Shown in pieces: positions 12,002 to 25,487 of a stretch of 64,000 nt of DNA. The stretch is from Octopus vulgaris. Lineage: Eukaryota. Location of the stretch: NCBI GenBank assembly GCA_951406725.2, contig OX597835.1, positions 7,812,001-7,876,000 on the forward strand. Direction: 5' to 3'. Position 1 is the first letter of the stretch; each line of letters opens with the position of its first letter. The notes under the pieces are model-generated. The model searched no databases. It was not told where the DNA came from and saw only the letters and a list, made by a program, of their open reading frames with translations. The position numbers and the translations under genes were made by a program.

Positions 12002-12200
12002 GCTACTGTGTAAACCATTTTGTATTTGGTTATGCGATCTCCTGGAAACTACAGTTGAAACCATCACTTATCAACTCCACCACAACCAGCCAAAACACTA
12101 CCATCACCACAACAATAACCACCGCCCCAATAACCACCACCGCCGCCACCACCACCAGCACCACAACCGCCACCACCACCACCACCACCACCACAGCAAC
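11800..12200. repeat. (ACT)n and (ACC)n tracts
   Basis: Direct inspection. Confidence 0.9.
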
Positions 12201-12424
12201 AACGTCAACAAAAACAATAGCAGCAGCTAGAACCAGACCATCATATATATATATGTATTTGGTTGGTTGGCATCTTTTCTGTCTCGGGAGACAATGGAGT
12301 TGCGCATGAAGTAGTCTAGTCCGGCTTTTATATTTCATGTCCTGATACATTTCCTGCTGTGGCTGTGTAGTATATGTATATCCATGCATGAATTTATATA
12401 TGTATCTCTCTATCTAGCAGTCTC

Positions 12425-12445
12425 TCTATCTATCTACCTATCTAC

Positions 12446-12505
<60 letters not shown>

Positions 12506-12534
12506 GTATATCTATCTATCTATCTATCTATCTC

Positions 12535-12603
<69 letters not shown>
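12425..12603. repeat. (TATC)n tetranucleotide microsatellite
   Basis: Direct inspection. Confidence 0.95.
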
Positions 12604-12604
<1 letters not shown>

Positions 12605-12739
12605 TATCTATGTGTGTGTGTTTGTGTGTCTGTGTGTCTGTGTATATATATTTATATATATATATATATATGGTGGTGCCCTATGGCCGCGGCCTTCGGG
12701 TTAAAACATTTTTAAGAATTTAAGGATATATATATCTTT

Positions 12740-13035
12740 GTTTTTACCCCTCTGCAAAGTAATTCTATTTAATTCTCTCGCAGGAAGGGCTAGTTTCTAT
12801 CGTATCTGTCCTACCTTCGAAACACGCTAGATTGAACTAGGGACAGCTGATGTGTGGGGTTTTTCCTTGTGTGTTTGTCTTGTACTCTGTTTTTCTGTTG
12901 TAAAAAATGGTTTGTTCCATGTTTGTTTTTCCGTTTTCGTTTCTCGTTGATTTCTACGTCTATTTGTGGTGTCCTGTACTCACGTATATATATTTATATA
13001 TGTATGTATATATACATGTAGATGTAGGTACGTAC

Positions 13036-13040
<5 letters not shown>
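12740..13040 (+). mobile_element. Diverged relative of the repeat at 33220-33557 (putative Penelope-like pLTR)
   Basis: Shares ordered blocks TTTTACCCCTCTGC, TCGCAGGAAGG, CCTTCGAAAC, CTGA.G..GGGG, GGTGTCCTGT and TACATGTAGA.GTAGGTACGTACATATA. Confidence 0.7.
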
Positions 13041-13093
<53 letters not shown>

Positions 13094-14212
13094 GTATGTA
13101 TGTCCATGTATAAATTTATATATGTATCTCTCTAACTAGCTCTCCCTCTATCCATCTATTTATCTATGTGTGTGTGTGTGTGTGTCTGTGTGTATATAAA
13201 TATGTATATTTATATTTATATATATATATATGTATACACACATAAACTATATATATATACACACACACTCGTGTATGTATATGTGCTAGTGTCTTCTGGT
13301 TACAGTACAGAGGTGGGGGATGGTGTACATGTGTGAATGTCTGTGCAGGTATACAGACACACACGCACACACACACATACATATGTATGTGTGAACACAG
13401 ACACATATGCAGACATACAAACATACAAGAATGCATACATATATATACACATGTATTATTGTATGTCTATATACATAATATATACATACAAGAATAAATA
13501 CATGTACACATGTATATATACATGTATATACCTACCTACCTGCCTTCCCACCTACCTACCTACTTACCTACCTATATACGTACATACATGCATACAACCA
13601 TAAGCATACTTACATATATACATACATACAACGTTATATTGTTGAGCGTTTTATGCGAATAATTTTAATTATCGGTAAAATGTAAAGAATAACATTTGGA
13701 AAAGGAAAATAATTGGATTCTTAACCGCAGCTGATGTGGTGTTTGTGCATGTGTGTCACTGTGCATGGAGGTGTGAGAGAGCGTGTATATGTGGCTAGTA
13801 TATGTGTGCGTATACATTTTGGAATGGTAGAGTAGTGGTGTGGTGTTCGTACACAAAGACTACAATTCCCGTTTTCTCCATTGTAGGAAGTAGAGAAGGA
13901 CAATCAGATTCGAGATAAGAATGAAAACGTGTAAACCAAAAAAACAATGGATTTGCCTGGAAATTGTAAGTTGACGACTGGAATATTAAAACTGCAAAAC
14001 AATTGATTTACAATAATAATTTCAGGACTCGGGAGATAGTGTATGCATACATACATATATACATACATACGTACGTACATATATAAATACATGCATACTT
14101 TCACACTTGTATGCATACACATATACATACGTATATACATACACATGCATACACTCCTATATACATACGTCTATACGTACATATACATGTACATATATAT
14201 ATATATATATAT

Positions 14213-14350
<138 letters not shown>

Positions 14351-14379
14351 CTATATATGTATACATCTATCTATCTATC

Positions 14380-14417
<38 letters not shown>

Positions 14418-14457
14418 CATACTCTACTCTCTCATATATATATATATATGATAGATA

Positions 14458-14510
<53 letters not shown>

Positions 14511-15944
14511 TACGCATATCTGGAATTGTCTCTCGAGATACAATTTCATATCGTGTTTTTAATATATTTATATGTAGGTGGAGTCGCGAAATGACTTTGT
14601 GGTTGTCTGTGTGTGTGTGTGTGTGTGTGTGTATTTATTTATTTATATATATGTATATACGTGTGTATATGCATGTATATGTATATTAAAGTCTATATAC
14701 ATATGTATATGTGTGTGTACAATACTTACGTGTTTGTATGTTTGTAAATGCAAGTACCCATGTGCCGCTTACAAACACACACACACACACGCGCGCATAC
14801 ACAGACGCACACACACGCACACACACAAACACCGATACAAAGTGGTGGTGTTGATTTTCTTATATTATTTTACCCCAGGGAAGTCTTGATGAAGTAGGTC
14901 TTTGATTAAAAACATTCAAACTATAAAAATTGCATCATCCATTCTAAGTCAGCATAGTTTACCAAGGACTACATCGTTGAATGTATCCTACATTTTGTAG
15001 AAAAATTTGTTTTACAGAGAAAGATTTTGTTGCTAATTATTGCTGACCAACCACCCACAATCAAACAGAAATATGATTTATGTCATTCAAGCCGTGCCAT
15101 CCTCTCTTCTCCTTTTCAGACATAAGGTACCTAAGACAATACAATCTAATACAGCATTCCGTGTTTAAGGATGATAGAGACTTGGCTACTATTTCTACCA
15201 AGTCAAGAATCCACCTAACTGCTCCTTCGGTGTTTCAAGATTTGTGCGGGAAGTTAAAGACCTTAGGCCACTCGGGAGACCTTAAAACATGCAATGACGT
15301 GAGCATCAGAGCAAAGTGATGATTGAGGGACGCTTTTCACTCATCATTTCTTGTTTTGATCACCGTGAGGCAGGCTTTGCTGGTTACTATTATCTTGCTG
15401 CAAACCCAGTCATATAAGATGTTATAATTTGGAGACTTTAGACTCCAATTGAGGACAAAGACCATTTAATTACATTGATGTCAAAGGCAGACATATATGA
15501 GATAATAATGAAGATCTTTCAAAGCAAGAACGGATGGGGTGGGGTGTTGGAGATTCCTCGTACGGTTTGGTGAAACTCATCTCGGTTTTAGCCGCTTGAG
15601 GAAGGAGCAGGAAAAAAAGCGAAGTAAAAGAACAACAACAACAATGACAGCAACAACTAGATGCAATGTAGTGTTCATGGATTCTAGGTCTGTAAGAACG
15701 GGTTATGCCCACGTCTTTCTCATGTCCTCCGACTGCTGTAGAATCGTCGCAATAAAATATCAGAGTGGCAAGAAACAACGGACAACATTTAATGTAGAAT
15801 GTCAATAATTCTACATCATGTTGAGACATCTTCAGGTGGTGCAGCACTACCACCAGCAAAATAGTTCTTCAGTTATATAGTGTGTATCTCTGCCAATACC
15901 ATCGATGTAATGAAATAGTCTGTCATCAATTAGGAAAGATATCT

Positions 15945-16377
15945 TTTTATTTTCTTTTTCTTTTATTTGTTTCAGTCATTTGACTGTGGCCATACTGGAG
16001 CACCACTTTTAGTCGAGCAAGTCGACCCCAGGACTTATTCTTTGTAAGCCTAGTACTTATTCTATCGGTCTCTTTTGTCGAACCGCTAGGTTACGAGGAC
16101 GTAAACACACCAGCATTGGTTGTCAAGCGATGTTGGGGGGACAAACACAGACACACAAACATATACACACACAAACATACATATATATACACACACACTT
16201 ATATATATATATACATATATACGACGGGCTTCTTTCAGTTTCCGTCTACCAAATCCACTCACAAGGCTTTGGTCGGCCCGAGGCTATAGTAGAAGACACT
16301 TGCCCAAGTTGCCACGCAGTGGGACTGAACCCGGAACCATGTGGTTCGTAAGCAAGCTACTTACCACACAGCCACTC
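15945..16377 (-). mobile_element. SINE family 1
   Basis: Full-length similarity to 7818-8250. Confidence 0.9.
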
Positions 16378-16853
16378 CAGATTTCTGGACATATATATTC
16401 AATATGTCCAGATGTCTCTCCACTGGTCTTCTACTCCAGCTACGATATGTTTTCAGCTCCTTTGGGAAGCCTGATATAGCTACACATCTTGGAATAGTTT
16501 CATGCCTGTCTAATTAGTAAGAATGCACAGCCTAAAAATTCTGTAGAGGATACAGCGAAAAACATAACCACTCCCCACCACAACCATTGAATGTTATCGT
16601 CCATCATTTCCTACTTGTTCCTTCCTTGTTGATAACCAATCCTTACGTGATTTTCATAATCTTCTTACACCGACGGAGTTTGACACTATTCCCTGAATGA
16701 TAATTTATACTGTGTCAGGTTACAGCCCCAATTGAGGTCAGCAATATTTTCTAGTACCACTGTTCGTTCTGTCAATGGAAAATGAAGAACCTTTCTAAAA
16801 CGCTGTATTGTTTCCTTACTTTCAGCCCTAAATATCTGTACATCGCTCTCATA

Positions 16854-17267
16854 GGCGCAGGAGTGGCTGCGTGGTAAGTAGCTTGCTAACCAACCACATG
16901 GTTCCGGGTTCAGTCCCACTGCGTGGCATCTTGGGCAAGTGTCTTCTGCTATAGCCCCGGGCCGACCAATGCCTTGTGAGTGGATTTGGTAGACGGAAAC
17001 TGAAAGAAGCCTGTCGTATATATGTATATATATAAGTGTGTGTGTATATGTTTGTGTGTTTGTGTTTGTCCCCCTAGCATTGCTTGACAACCAATGCTGG
17101 TGTGTTTACGTCCCCGTCACTTTGCGGTTCGGCAAAAGAGACCGATAGAATAAGTACTGGGCTTGCAAAGAATAAGTCCCGTGGTCGATTTGCTCGACTA
17201 AAGGCGGTGCTCCAGAATGGCCGCAGTCAAACGACTGAAACAAGTAAAAGAGTAAAGAGTAAAGAGT
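16854..17267 (+). mobile_element. SINE family 1
   Basis: GGCGCAGGAGTGGCTGCGTGGTAAG head through ACTGAAACAAGTAAAAGAGTAAAGAG tail. Confidence 0.92.
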
Positions 17268-17860
17268 ATAAAATGTAACAGAAAGTTCTATTTCCCTTAT
17301 ACGTACGTATCTGTGTGCATGTTTCTATAATTTGATTACGAGAATTCATTGGAAGGAAAGTAGGACGACGGAATAACTAAGAAGGATAACATAGAGCTTA
17401 CACTCAGATAAATAACATTGAGCACACCAAGGATTGTTAGTATACTATAGATACGCATGTACCAAATCTAATTTAAACCGTGGATCCCACTCTAGGGCTG
17501 GTCCTTGGTGTAGCGTAGGGATAAAGTTAAACACAAATACCGTTTAAAATTTATAATTTAAAACAGCTGTTTTATTTTATTAAAATTTTATTAATGCATT
17601 CATAGAAGATTACATCATCATAATAATCCGTCTTTTAAAAAGTAATAATTTAAACAGATAGGATTTCGAAACAGATGAGATTTCTTATATCAACCTGGAC
17701 AGATCCAATGCCAGCTGGATTTCTCCGAATTGATGTAAGAAATCTCAACTGTTTTTTATAATTTGAAGATTTCGGAAGATTCCTCCTCCAGTAAAATTCG
17801 TCACAGTACAAAGTATGATGTAAATATTACTATTTTTAATCGCCTCACATTAGTGCCTCG

Positions 17861-17929
<69 letters not shown>

Positions 17930-18078
17930 CCGGAGTAAACACATAAATGTGAAACAAGGTGGAAAAAAAGAGTACTCAAATACCAGTGGTAGAGTAATAT
18001 GCTTTATTTTAAGCAGCAGAAAATTCAACAAAATCTGTTACTCTGAGTTTCTCGTTGCCGTTCATCAGACAGTTTTTG

Positions 18079-18079
<1 letters not shown>
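17930..18079 (-). mobile_element. Small (TA)n-embedded element with minimal hammerhead motif (putative Penelope-like remnant)
   Basis: Flanked by (TA)n on both sides; minus strand reads ACTGT-CTGATGA-ACG-GCAA-CGA-GAAAC-TC-AGAGT; relatives at 47148 and 52387. Confidence 0.65.
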
Positions 18080-18115
<36 letters not shown>

Positions 18116-18120
18116 ACTCA

Positions 18121-18158
<38 letters not shown>

Positions 18159-18351
18159 CACTCACATTTCGTATATATATATTTACATCTGCTTCTATAT
18201 ATGTATGTATCTATGTATAGGATTCTATGCAAAAGTAAATTTGCAGAACGCATAGTATAAAACACGGTTTGTTACAAAATCTATTTCTCATTTGAATGAA
18301 TCTTCTGAACGATCAGAGTACTTTTCCACTTGATATAAGTGCTGATGCATT

Positions 18352-18490
18352 TGTATGTATGTATGTATGTATGTATGTATGTATGTATGTATGTATGTAT
18401 GTATGTATGTATGTATGTATGTATGTATGTATGTATGTATGTATGTATGGATATGTGTGTGTGTATGTATGTATGTATGTATGTATGTAC

Positions 18491-18521
<31 letters not shown>

Positions 18522-18578
18522 TGTATGTATGTATGTATGTATGTATGTATGTATGTATGTATGTATGTATGTATGTAC

Positions 18579-18609
<31 letters not shown>

Positions 18610-18900
18610 TGTATGAATGTGTGTATGTATGTATGCATGTGTGTTTGTATGTATGTATGTGTGTATGTATGTATGTGTGTATGTATGTATGTATGTATGT
18701 ATGTATGTGTGTATGTGTGTATGTATGTGTGTGTGTATGTATGTATGTATGAATGTGTGTATGTATGAATATGTGTATATATGTATGTATGAATGTGTGT
18801 ATGTATGAATGTGTGTATGTATGTATGTGTGCATGTATGTATTAATGTATGTATGTGTATGTACGTATTTATATGTGTATGTATGTATGTTTGCATGTAT
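18352..18900. repeat. (ATGT)n microsatellite, degenerating 3'
   Basis: Direct inspection. Confidence 0.95.
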
Positions 18901-20062
18901 ATATATATATGTATCTATTTCAGTATATATATATATATATAAATGTATGTATATATGTCTATGTATCTGTGTACGTATCTGTGTATATAAATGAAACTGT
19001 ATGTGTTTATGTATGCATATATGTACATGTATGTATATATATGTATATAGGTGTATATATGCGTGTGCGTGCGTGTGTACATGTGCGTGTGCGTGTGTGT
19101 ATGCGTGCGTGTGTGTGTGGATGTATGTATGCCCCTAAATGCAAGTGGACATGTATGAGGCTGAAGTATGCCTGTATTTAAAGATAGAAACCCTATCAGA
19201 AGTGGAACTCTAAAGTGCAAAACACTGGAACAAACCAACTTGTGTTGCGTTTGCGGTTCGGAGGACATCACGGTCGCCGCCGCCAAACTCACAACTTCAC
19301 GTGAATTCAATCATAAATGAAATACTCTCTTTATTCCAGCAGCAAGCTTAATTAGATATATAACAATATACACTCACTCACACAGCCTCTTACATACACA
19401 CATACGCACTCACTTACATACACACACACACACACACACACTCATACACACGATCACATACACTTACACAAACACACAAACGAATACACGCGTATACGCA
19501 CAGGAATACACACAAGTCTATTCATGAAGCAATGATATCTCGTGGAGATGGTGGTGGTGGAGATTATGGTGGTTGTAGAATTGGTGGTAGTTGTGATGGT
19601 GGTGGTAAGGGTGGTAGGTGTGGTGATGGTGGTGGTGATGGTGGTGGTGACGGTATGTGGTGTCGATGGTGGTGTTAGTGGCGATGGTGATGGTAATGGT
19701 GGTAAGGTGGTGGTGAATGCGGTTGTGGTAGTAATGGTGGTCGTGAAATTGTAGTTGATGGTATTACCCATGGTGGTAGAGGTATTGGTGGTGGTGGTGG
19801 TTTTGCTATTGCTGGTGGTGGTTGTAGAATTGCCATTGTTGCTTTTGCTTGTGTAAGTTGTGGCGGTGTTTGTGGTGTTGGTGGTACATAATAGTAACAG
19901 ACGGGTCGCTAGTAGTTTTGTTTGTTCATGGTGATATTCAAGTGACTCAAAATTTCGTTTCGTTTCAGCCACTTTTTCGTTGGTGTTCACCGGCTCAATT
20001 TGGGAATAAGACAGACACAATAGCGACTTCGTTTGCAATCAGACCTTGGCTCCGTCACACTC

Positions 20063-20183
20063 TCTTCACTCCTTTTACTCTTTTACTTGTTTCAGTCATT
20101 TGACTGCGGCCATGCTGGAGCAACGCCTTTTTTTTTTCGAAGACATCGCCCCCAGGTTTTTTCATTGTAAACCTAGTACTTAT
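20063..20183 (-). mobile_element. SINE family 1, 3' fragment
   Basis: TTTTACTCTTTTACTTGTTTCAGTCATTTGACTGCGGCCATGCTGGAGC matches the family tail. Confidence 0.8.
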
Positions 20184-20404
20184 TACACAGACACACTTGA
20201 TAAAAGAACGGTTAAGGAAGACAAGTAGGAAATGACTAAGAACAACCAATACACTATGATAACTTTTATATTTAAAAAGAAGGAGTAAGACCGAAAGATA
20301 TGAGTCACTGATTGGTTGAAAGATAGAAAGAACGTGAAAAATAATTTTATGCGGCAGTTTACCCTTCATTTTCAGATAAAGAAAATATTGCGGGTGTATC
20401 TTAT

Positions 20405-20780
20405 ATCATCATCATCATTGTTCGACCGTGGTCGAAACAATGGAATTTACTATGCTACACCAGACTTCACTGTCCATCATGGCATTACGGAGGTCCTGTT
20501 GCTGGATGCCTGTATCCCTGGAGATTACATCAGGGTAGGAGAGTGTGTGCCCTCTGGTATTGCGAGTAGATGGCTCCCAGAGGAGAAGAGTAGAAATGAC
20601 TTATTTTTCATCTCTACAACAATGTCTAGCAAACTGGACTCTCTTACCTTTCACAAGAGATGACACAGGTGGTAGTTTCCCATATATTTGCATTTTGGTT
20701 GGATGGCGCTTCCACGAGAGATTTTGAGCTCTCATAAGGAGGCGAGTGTTGGTTCTATCCAACCGCCTCTCAAGCTTCTT
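20405..20780 (-). mobile_element. RTE-group LINE 3' fragment with (TGA)n tail
   Basis: Minus frame reads TRLLMRAQNLSWKRHPTKMQIYGKLPPVS...QFARHCCR...LLLWEP...SYPDVISRDTG...AMMDSEVW, typical of RTE-type ORF C-termini. Confidence 0.78.
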
Positions 20781-21622
20781 ATATACGCTCTATTTCTTTT
20801 ATGTGTCGTCTGCTCAGTTTAACCAATAAATGTTAAACAATTGGTGGACATACTTCCAGTTGTCCACAGATCGATTCATTCATTTATTACTGTTGTCCTA
20901 GTTTTAATAGCTTTCAATTTGACAGACCCAAATTAATTTTAAAATATCTAACGATTTCTATAGCTCAATTTATTAAAACCAAAATCATTTTAAAATGTGT
21001 AAATCTTATTTATTTTCGTCTCTTACGTCATCTTATTTTAATTTTTTTTATTTAAAATTCCTGTGCTTGGTTAGTTTTCTGTTATTTTAAACACACCACT
21101 CAATTCCAGATTTAGCAGGTTAATTCACAAAAGAGTGATCCAACTTTAATCTTTTTTATGTTTCTGATAAATTTTATCAGATCTTACAGAACGTGGCAAT
21201 GTGTGCGGTACAGTAATAGCACAATATTTCATACAATATATTTTTAGATAGTCCCTAGTCGTAATTATCTCCTCTAAATTATGCTTCCGGTTAACATAAC
21301 CTGAGAGTTTTACGGCTATAATTTCTTATTTCTACTGTATTTTGTAGCTATTTTCTTTCTGTTGCTGGACTATAGTAAAAACATTAACTTTGAACCCAAC
21401 CTCCCTTTGCGAATAAACGCGAAATCATTGAACGAAGGAACATCTTATCGGTGATGCAACACCCTATCACGTTCATTAACTTAAAACAACGTCATTTAAA
21501 TGTTACGGAAACTAAAATATATTTTGCCAATTTTGGTGGGTGATGTTCCTAAAAGATTAGGTCGTCTTTCTATGTATATTCTTGGGTGTGTATGTATATA
21601 CATACACACACACACACACACA

Positions 21623-22010
21623 AAGCCGCGATTTCTGGCCTCCTAATTCCCTCGATTATAATCTCATGGGTATTAGCGCGCGTCTACGATGAGTCTACGA
21701 TTTTAAAAAAAATTTACCATAATTTTTTTCCATTTTAATGCATTTTTTGTGTGTGTGTGTGTTAGAGAGAGGGCGCGGTTGACAAAGACATTGACGACTA
21801 TCCCTGCAACACTAAGGCAGAAATGGTGGTCAAGATCATAGAGATGTTCGAAGATCAATTTGCCAATGACACAGTGGTGGACAACATGAGCCAGCTTCCG
21901 GAGCCGTGTGGGGTCGTGGTGGAAACTGATCGTGGCTACTTCGAGTGGACAGTTATCTCCCAGCCAATTAATATCTTTTGATTTTATTTGAACTACTCTT
22001 ATTTCTGGTA
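21623..22010 (+). mobile_element. Tc1/mariner (maT-like) transposase C-terminal fossil, interrupted
   Basis: DFWPPNSLDYNLM (WPPNSPDLNP motif) at ~21625-21668, resuming as GAVDKD..DYPCNTKAEM...VVETDRGYFE after ~21770. Confidence 0.6.
21667..21748 (+). mobile_element. Internal fragment of the Helitron family
   Basis: TGGGTATTAGCGCGCGTCTACGATGAGTCTACGATT...TTTTAATGCATT is nearly identical to 1547-1622. Confidence 0.85.
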
Positions 22011-22047
22011 CGTGAGAGTGTGTGTGTGTATGCGCGCACACGTATGC

Positions 22048-22082
<35 letters not shown>

Positions 22083-22735
22083 TGCGTGTGTGTGTGTGTG
22101 TGTGTGTGATGTGTGAGTGTGTGTGTGTGTATAGATTTCTAAGAACGAATGATGCAAATGTGCCAACGGCAGGATTCGAACGAAGAATATGAAAGAGATC
22201 CAACTCTACAACCAGAAGGTATTTTCTCCGCCATTCTAAAGCTTCTGCGATCCACTTCTCATTTTGCCTCACTTTTTCCCTCTTTTCCCCTCATTTTTTC
22301 TCTTTTCTCTTTTGCTGTTTGATAACACGAAAAATATCACCGCATTCATGGCTGTCACTGTTGCGACGGCTACAAAAGAGAAAACAATAGAAATCCAAAT
22401 ACGATTATTGCATCCAAATCAGATGTAAAATTCATTCAAACATTTAACAAAGACATCGAATATTTTTTTAAAATGAATGAATAAAAAAAAAAAAAAAAAC
22501 GTAAATTTCCCTGAAACACTTTTTTCTTCCAACCAAAATAATACACAAATTACTGTCCTCATAGAAATATATATACAAGTAAAGATTAAAAAAAAAAACC
22601 CACTCACGCGTGCGCAGATATACATGCTCAAACAAGCGTACACGTGTGCACATACGATGAGTCTATAGATAACTGCCTGAATTGATGCGTGTGAGCATGG
22701 TCATGAGGAGAGAGACAGAGAGAGATGCTTATGAA

Positions 22736-22737
<2 letters not shown>

Positions 22738-22790
<53 letters not shown>

Positions 22791-22792
22791 CA

Positions 22793-22880
<88 letters not shown>

Positions 22881-22921
22881 TATATGTATGTATATATATA
22901 TATACACACATATATATATAC

Positions 22922-22996
<75 letters not shown>
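22738..22996. repeat. (TA)n microsatellite
   Basis: Direct inspection; one of many (also ~2380-2560, 14190-14510, 26830-27010, 33765-33900, 59220-59500, 61685-62000, 62490-62880). Confidence 0.95.
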
Positions 22997-23013
<17 letters not shown>

Positions 23014-23916
23014 AGTAAGGTGTCTAATAGTCCAAATAGAAACAGTATGCTTCTATTTGGAGTACTAGATATACATACATGCATGCACACGTACATACAT
23101 ACATACATAATATATGTGTCTGTGTGTGTCTGTATGTATATACATGCACATACAAGAGATCGTAAACACGTAAACATGAGCATGAGTGTATTTGTATCTG
23201 TATGTATACATGTGTTCACACACACGCACACATACACACACACACGCACACACGCACACACACACACAAACAACCAAACAAACACCAGCTCCTATCCGCA
23301 ACAGAATGCACAGTTGTGAGACAATGACAGCTAATGTCGCCTGCAGAAGATGTACCTGGGATTCTTCTGGTCGACACGATCCAAACCGCTGGAAAAGCAA
23401 ACATTATTTTTAACAGAAATTCCTCTATTGTCTGCGATTTTTGATTTGGAATAACTCACCATTTTCCCATTACATTGCTGGAATTGATTTCTTGTTTTCT
23501 CTTTATTTATTCACTCATACCTGTGTGTGCGCGTGCGTGCTGTCACGCGCTCGCGCGAACATTTGTTATGCTTGGGTGTATTTAGGCTCTTGTATTTGTA
23601 CATATATTTATCCATTTTATGTGTGTGTGTCTCTCTCTCTCTCTCCCTCTTTTTGTCTCTGTTTGTCTGTCAGTCTGTCAGTCTGCTTCTTTGTCTGTCT
23701 CTTTCTCTCTCACTTTCTCTTTCTGTCTGTCTGTCTGTCTCTTTCTCTTTCGTATGACTGTATGTTTCAATCTGAAACCTTTATGCATATATATTTGTGT
23801 TTATAGAGACTTACCCATTCTCTCTCTCTCTCTCTCTTACTCTCGCTTTCTCTCTCTTTCTTTCTCTTTCTCTCACTCACTTTCTCTCTCTCTCTCTTTC
23901 TCTCTCTCTCACTCTC

Positions 23917-23989
<73 letters not shown>

Positions 23990-24894
23990 TCTTAATATAC
24001 CAACACGCATGCACACATAATTCTGCTTTCTAGCTTATAACACGGTTTTTTAGTAATTAAAAAATAATTATAATGATTTTTTTATTTTATTTTCTAAAGC
24101 AAAATGGATATATAGAATAAAACTAATTTTTAAAATATATTGAATAAAATAATTTTTGCCGATATTAATTTACTTCTAATTTTTTTTTTTTATTTCTACA
24201 TCATTTTGTTGAATATTGTCACGTTTTTTGTCATTGTTGTTTTATATAATTTTAACGCTTTCCCAATTAAAAAATTATTGAATACGCAAAAAAATGAAAG
24301 AGTTTATATTTTTTTTTAAGCAACTTTCAACAATAAAAATATTGAGATTTCATTGAACAAAATAAAATTTGCGTGAGGCCATTTAGAATGTATTTATAAA
24401 TATTTAACAAAGTATTTGTTTAGGGAAGGCTTCGTAAGTTTGATGTTGTTTATGTAGTTTTTATAGTCGTTTTTTTAATTATTATTTTATGTTGGTGGTG
24501 GTGTGTGTGGGGGGGATGTGTGTACATCTTTTTTTTCCTGATTCTTTCATCCCGTCATTAACAGGCAGAATGATGAGGCGCTTCGTTTCAGTTTGTATAA
24601 AAATCTACTTGCGGACATTTAGATCTTTATGAAGTTTTTCTGTGCCTTTGCTTGGTACAAATTGTCATCTGTGTAGCGATCTAACCACGCAACAAACGCC
24701 TGAAACACAGAGAAAGCTTTTAGGCGATCGTTGATTGACCCGCTGGAAATAACAGTCACACGTCCCTTAAATCATACACTCCCTGAGTATATGACAAAGG
24801 ATGTTCACGGCTCGATTATAATTCTCTTCAATCAGGGAGGAACTTCTATTTGGACAATTGTCATATATGATCTCTTGAGCACCACCAGCAAATT

Positions 24895-25078
24895 TTTTTT
24901 TTTCCTCTGTCTTCCCTTCTCGGGATCTTTCCTTCTCCTTTGTTTCCGACGAAGAGCTCCGCTCGAAACGTTAAACCCTCCTTCCCTTCTTTCCCGAGCG
25001 TCAAATAATACTTTAATTGTTCCACGTCCTCGCGTTGCTGTGTTTTTTTTCTGTGTTTTCTTGTTTGGATTAACTTTA
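24895..25078 (+). mobile_element. Putative Penelope-like remnant with minimal type I hammerhead motif
   Basis: GTTT-CCGACGA-A-GAGC-TCC-GCTC-GAAACGTT-AAAC at 24942-24976; abuts (TA)n. Confidence 0.65.
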
Positions 25079-25084
25079 TATGTC

Positions 25085-25174
<90 letters not shown>

Positions 25175-25175
<1 letters not shown>

Positions 25176-25487
25176 TGGCGCAATGGCACAGTGGTTAGGG
25201 CAGCGGACTCGCGGTCGTAGGATCGCGGTTTCGGTTCCCAGACAGAGCGTTGTGAGTGTTTATTGAGCGAAAACACCTAAAAGTTCCACGAGGCTCCGGC
25301 AGGGGGTGGTGGCGATCCCTGCTGTACCCTTTCCCCACAACTCTCTCTCTCTCACTCTTTCTTCTGTTGGCCTGCTCGCTTAGCCAAGCGGGGTGGCGTC
25401 ATTTGAAGGCTAAAACAATGCGAAGCGCATTGTGACCAGCGATGTGTAGCAACATCTGATAGCCTGGTCGGTGACGGTGACGGTGAT
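25175..25487 (+). mobile_element. SINE family 3 variant with alternative 3' tail
   Basis: First ~185 bp match 5711-5900; the rest is unrelated and ends in (CGGTGA)n. Confidence 0.85.
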
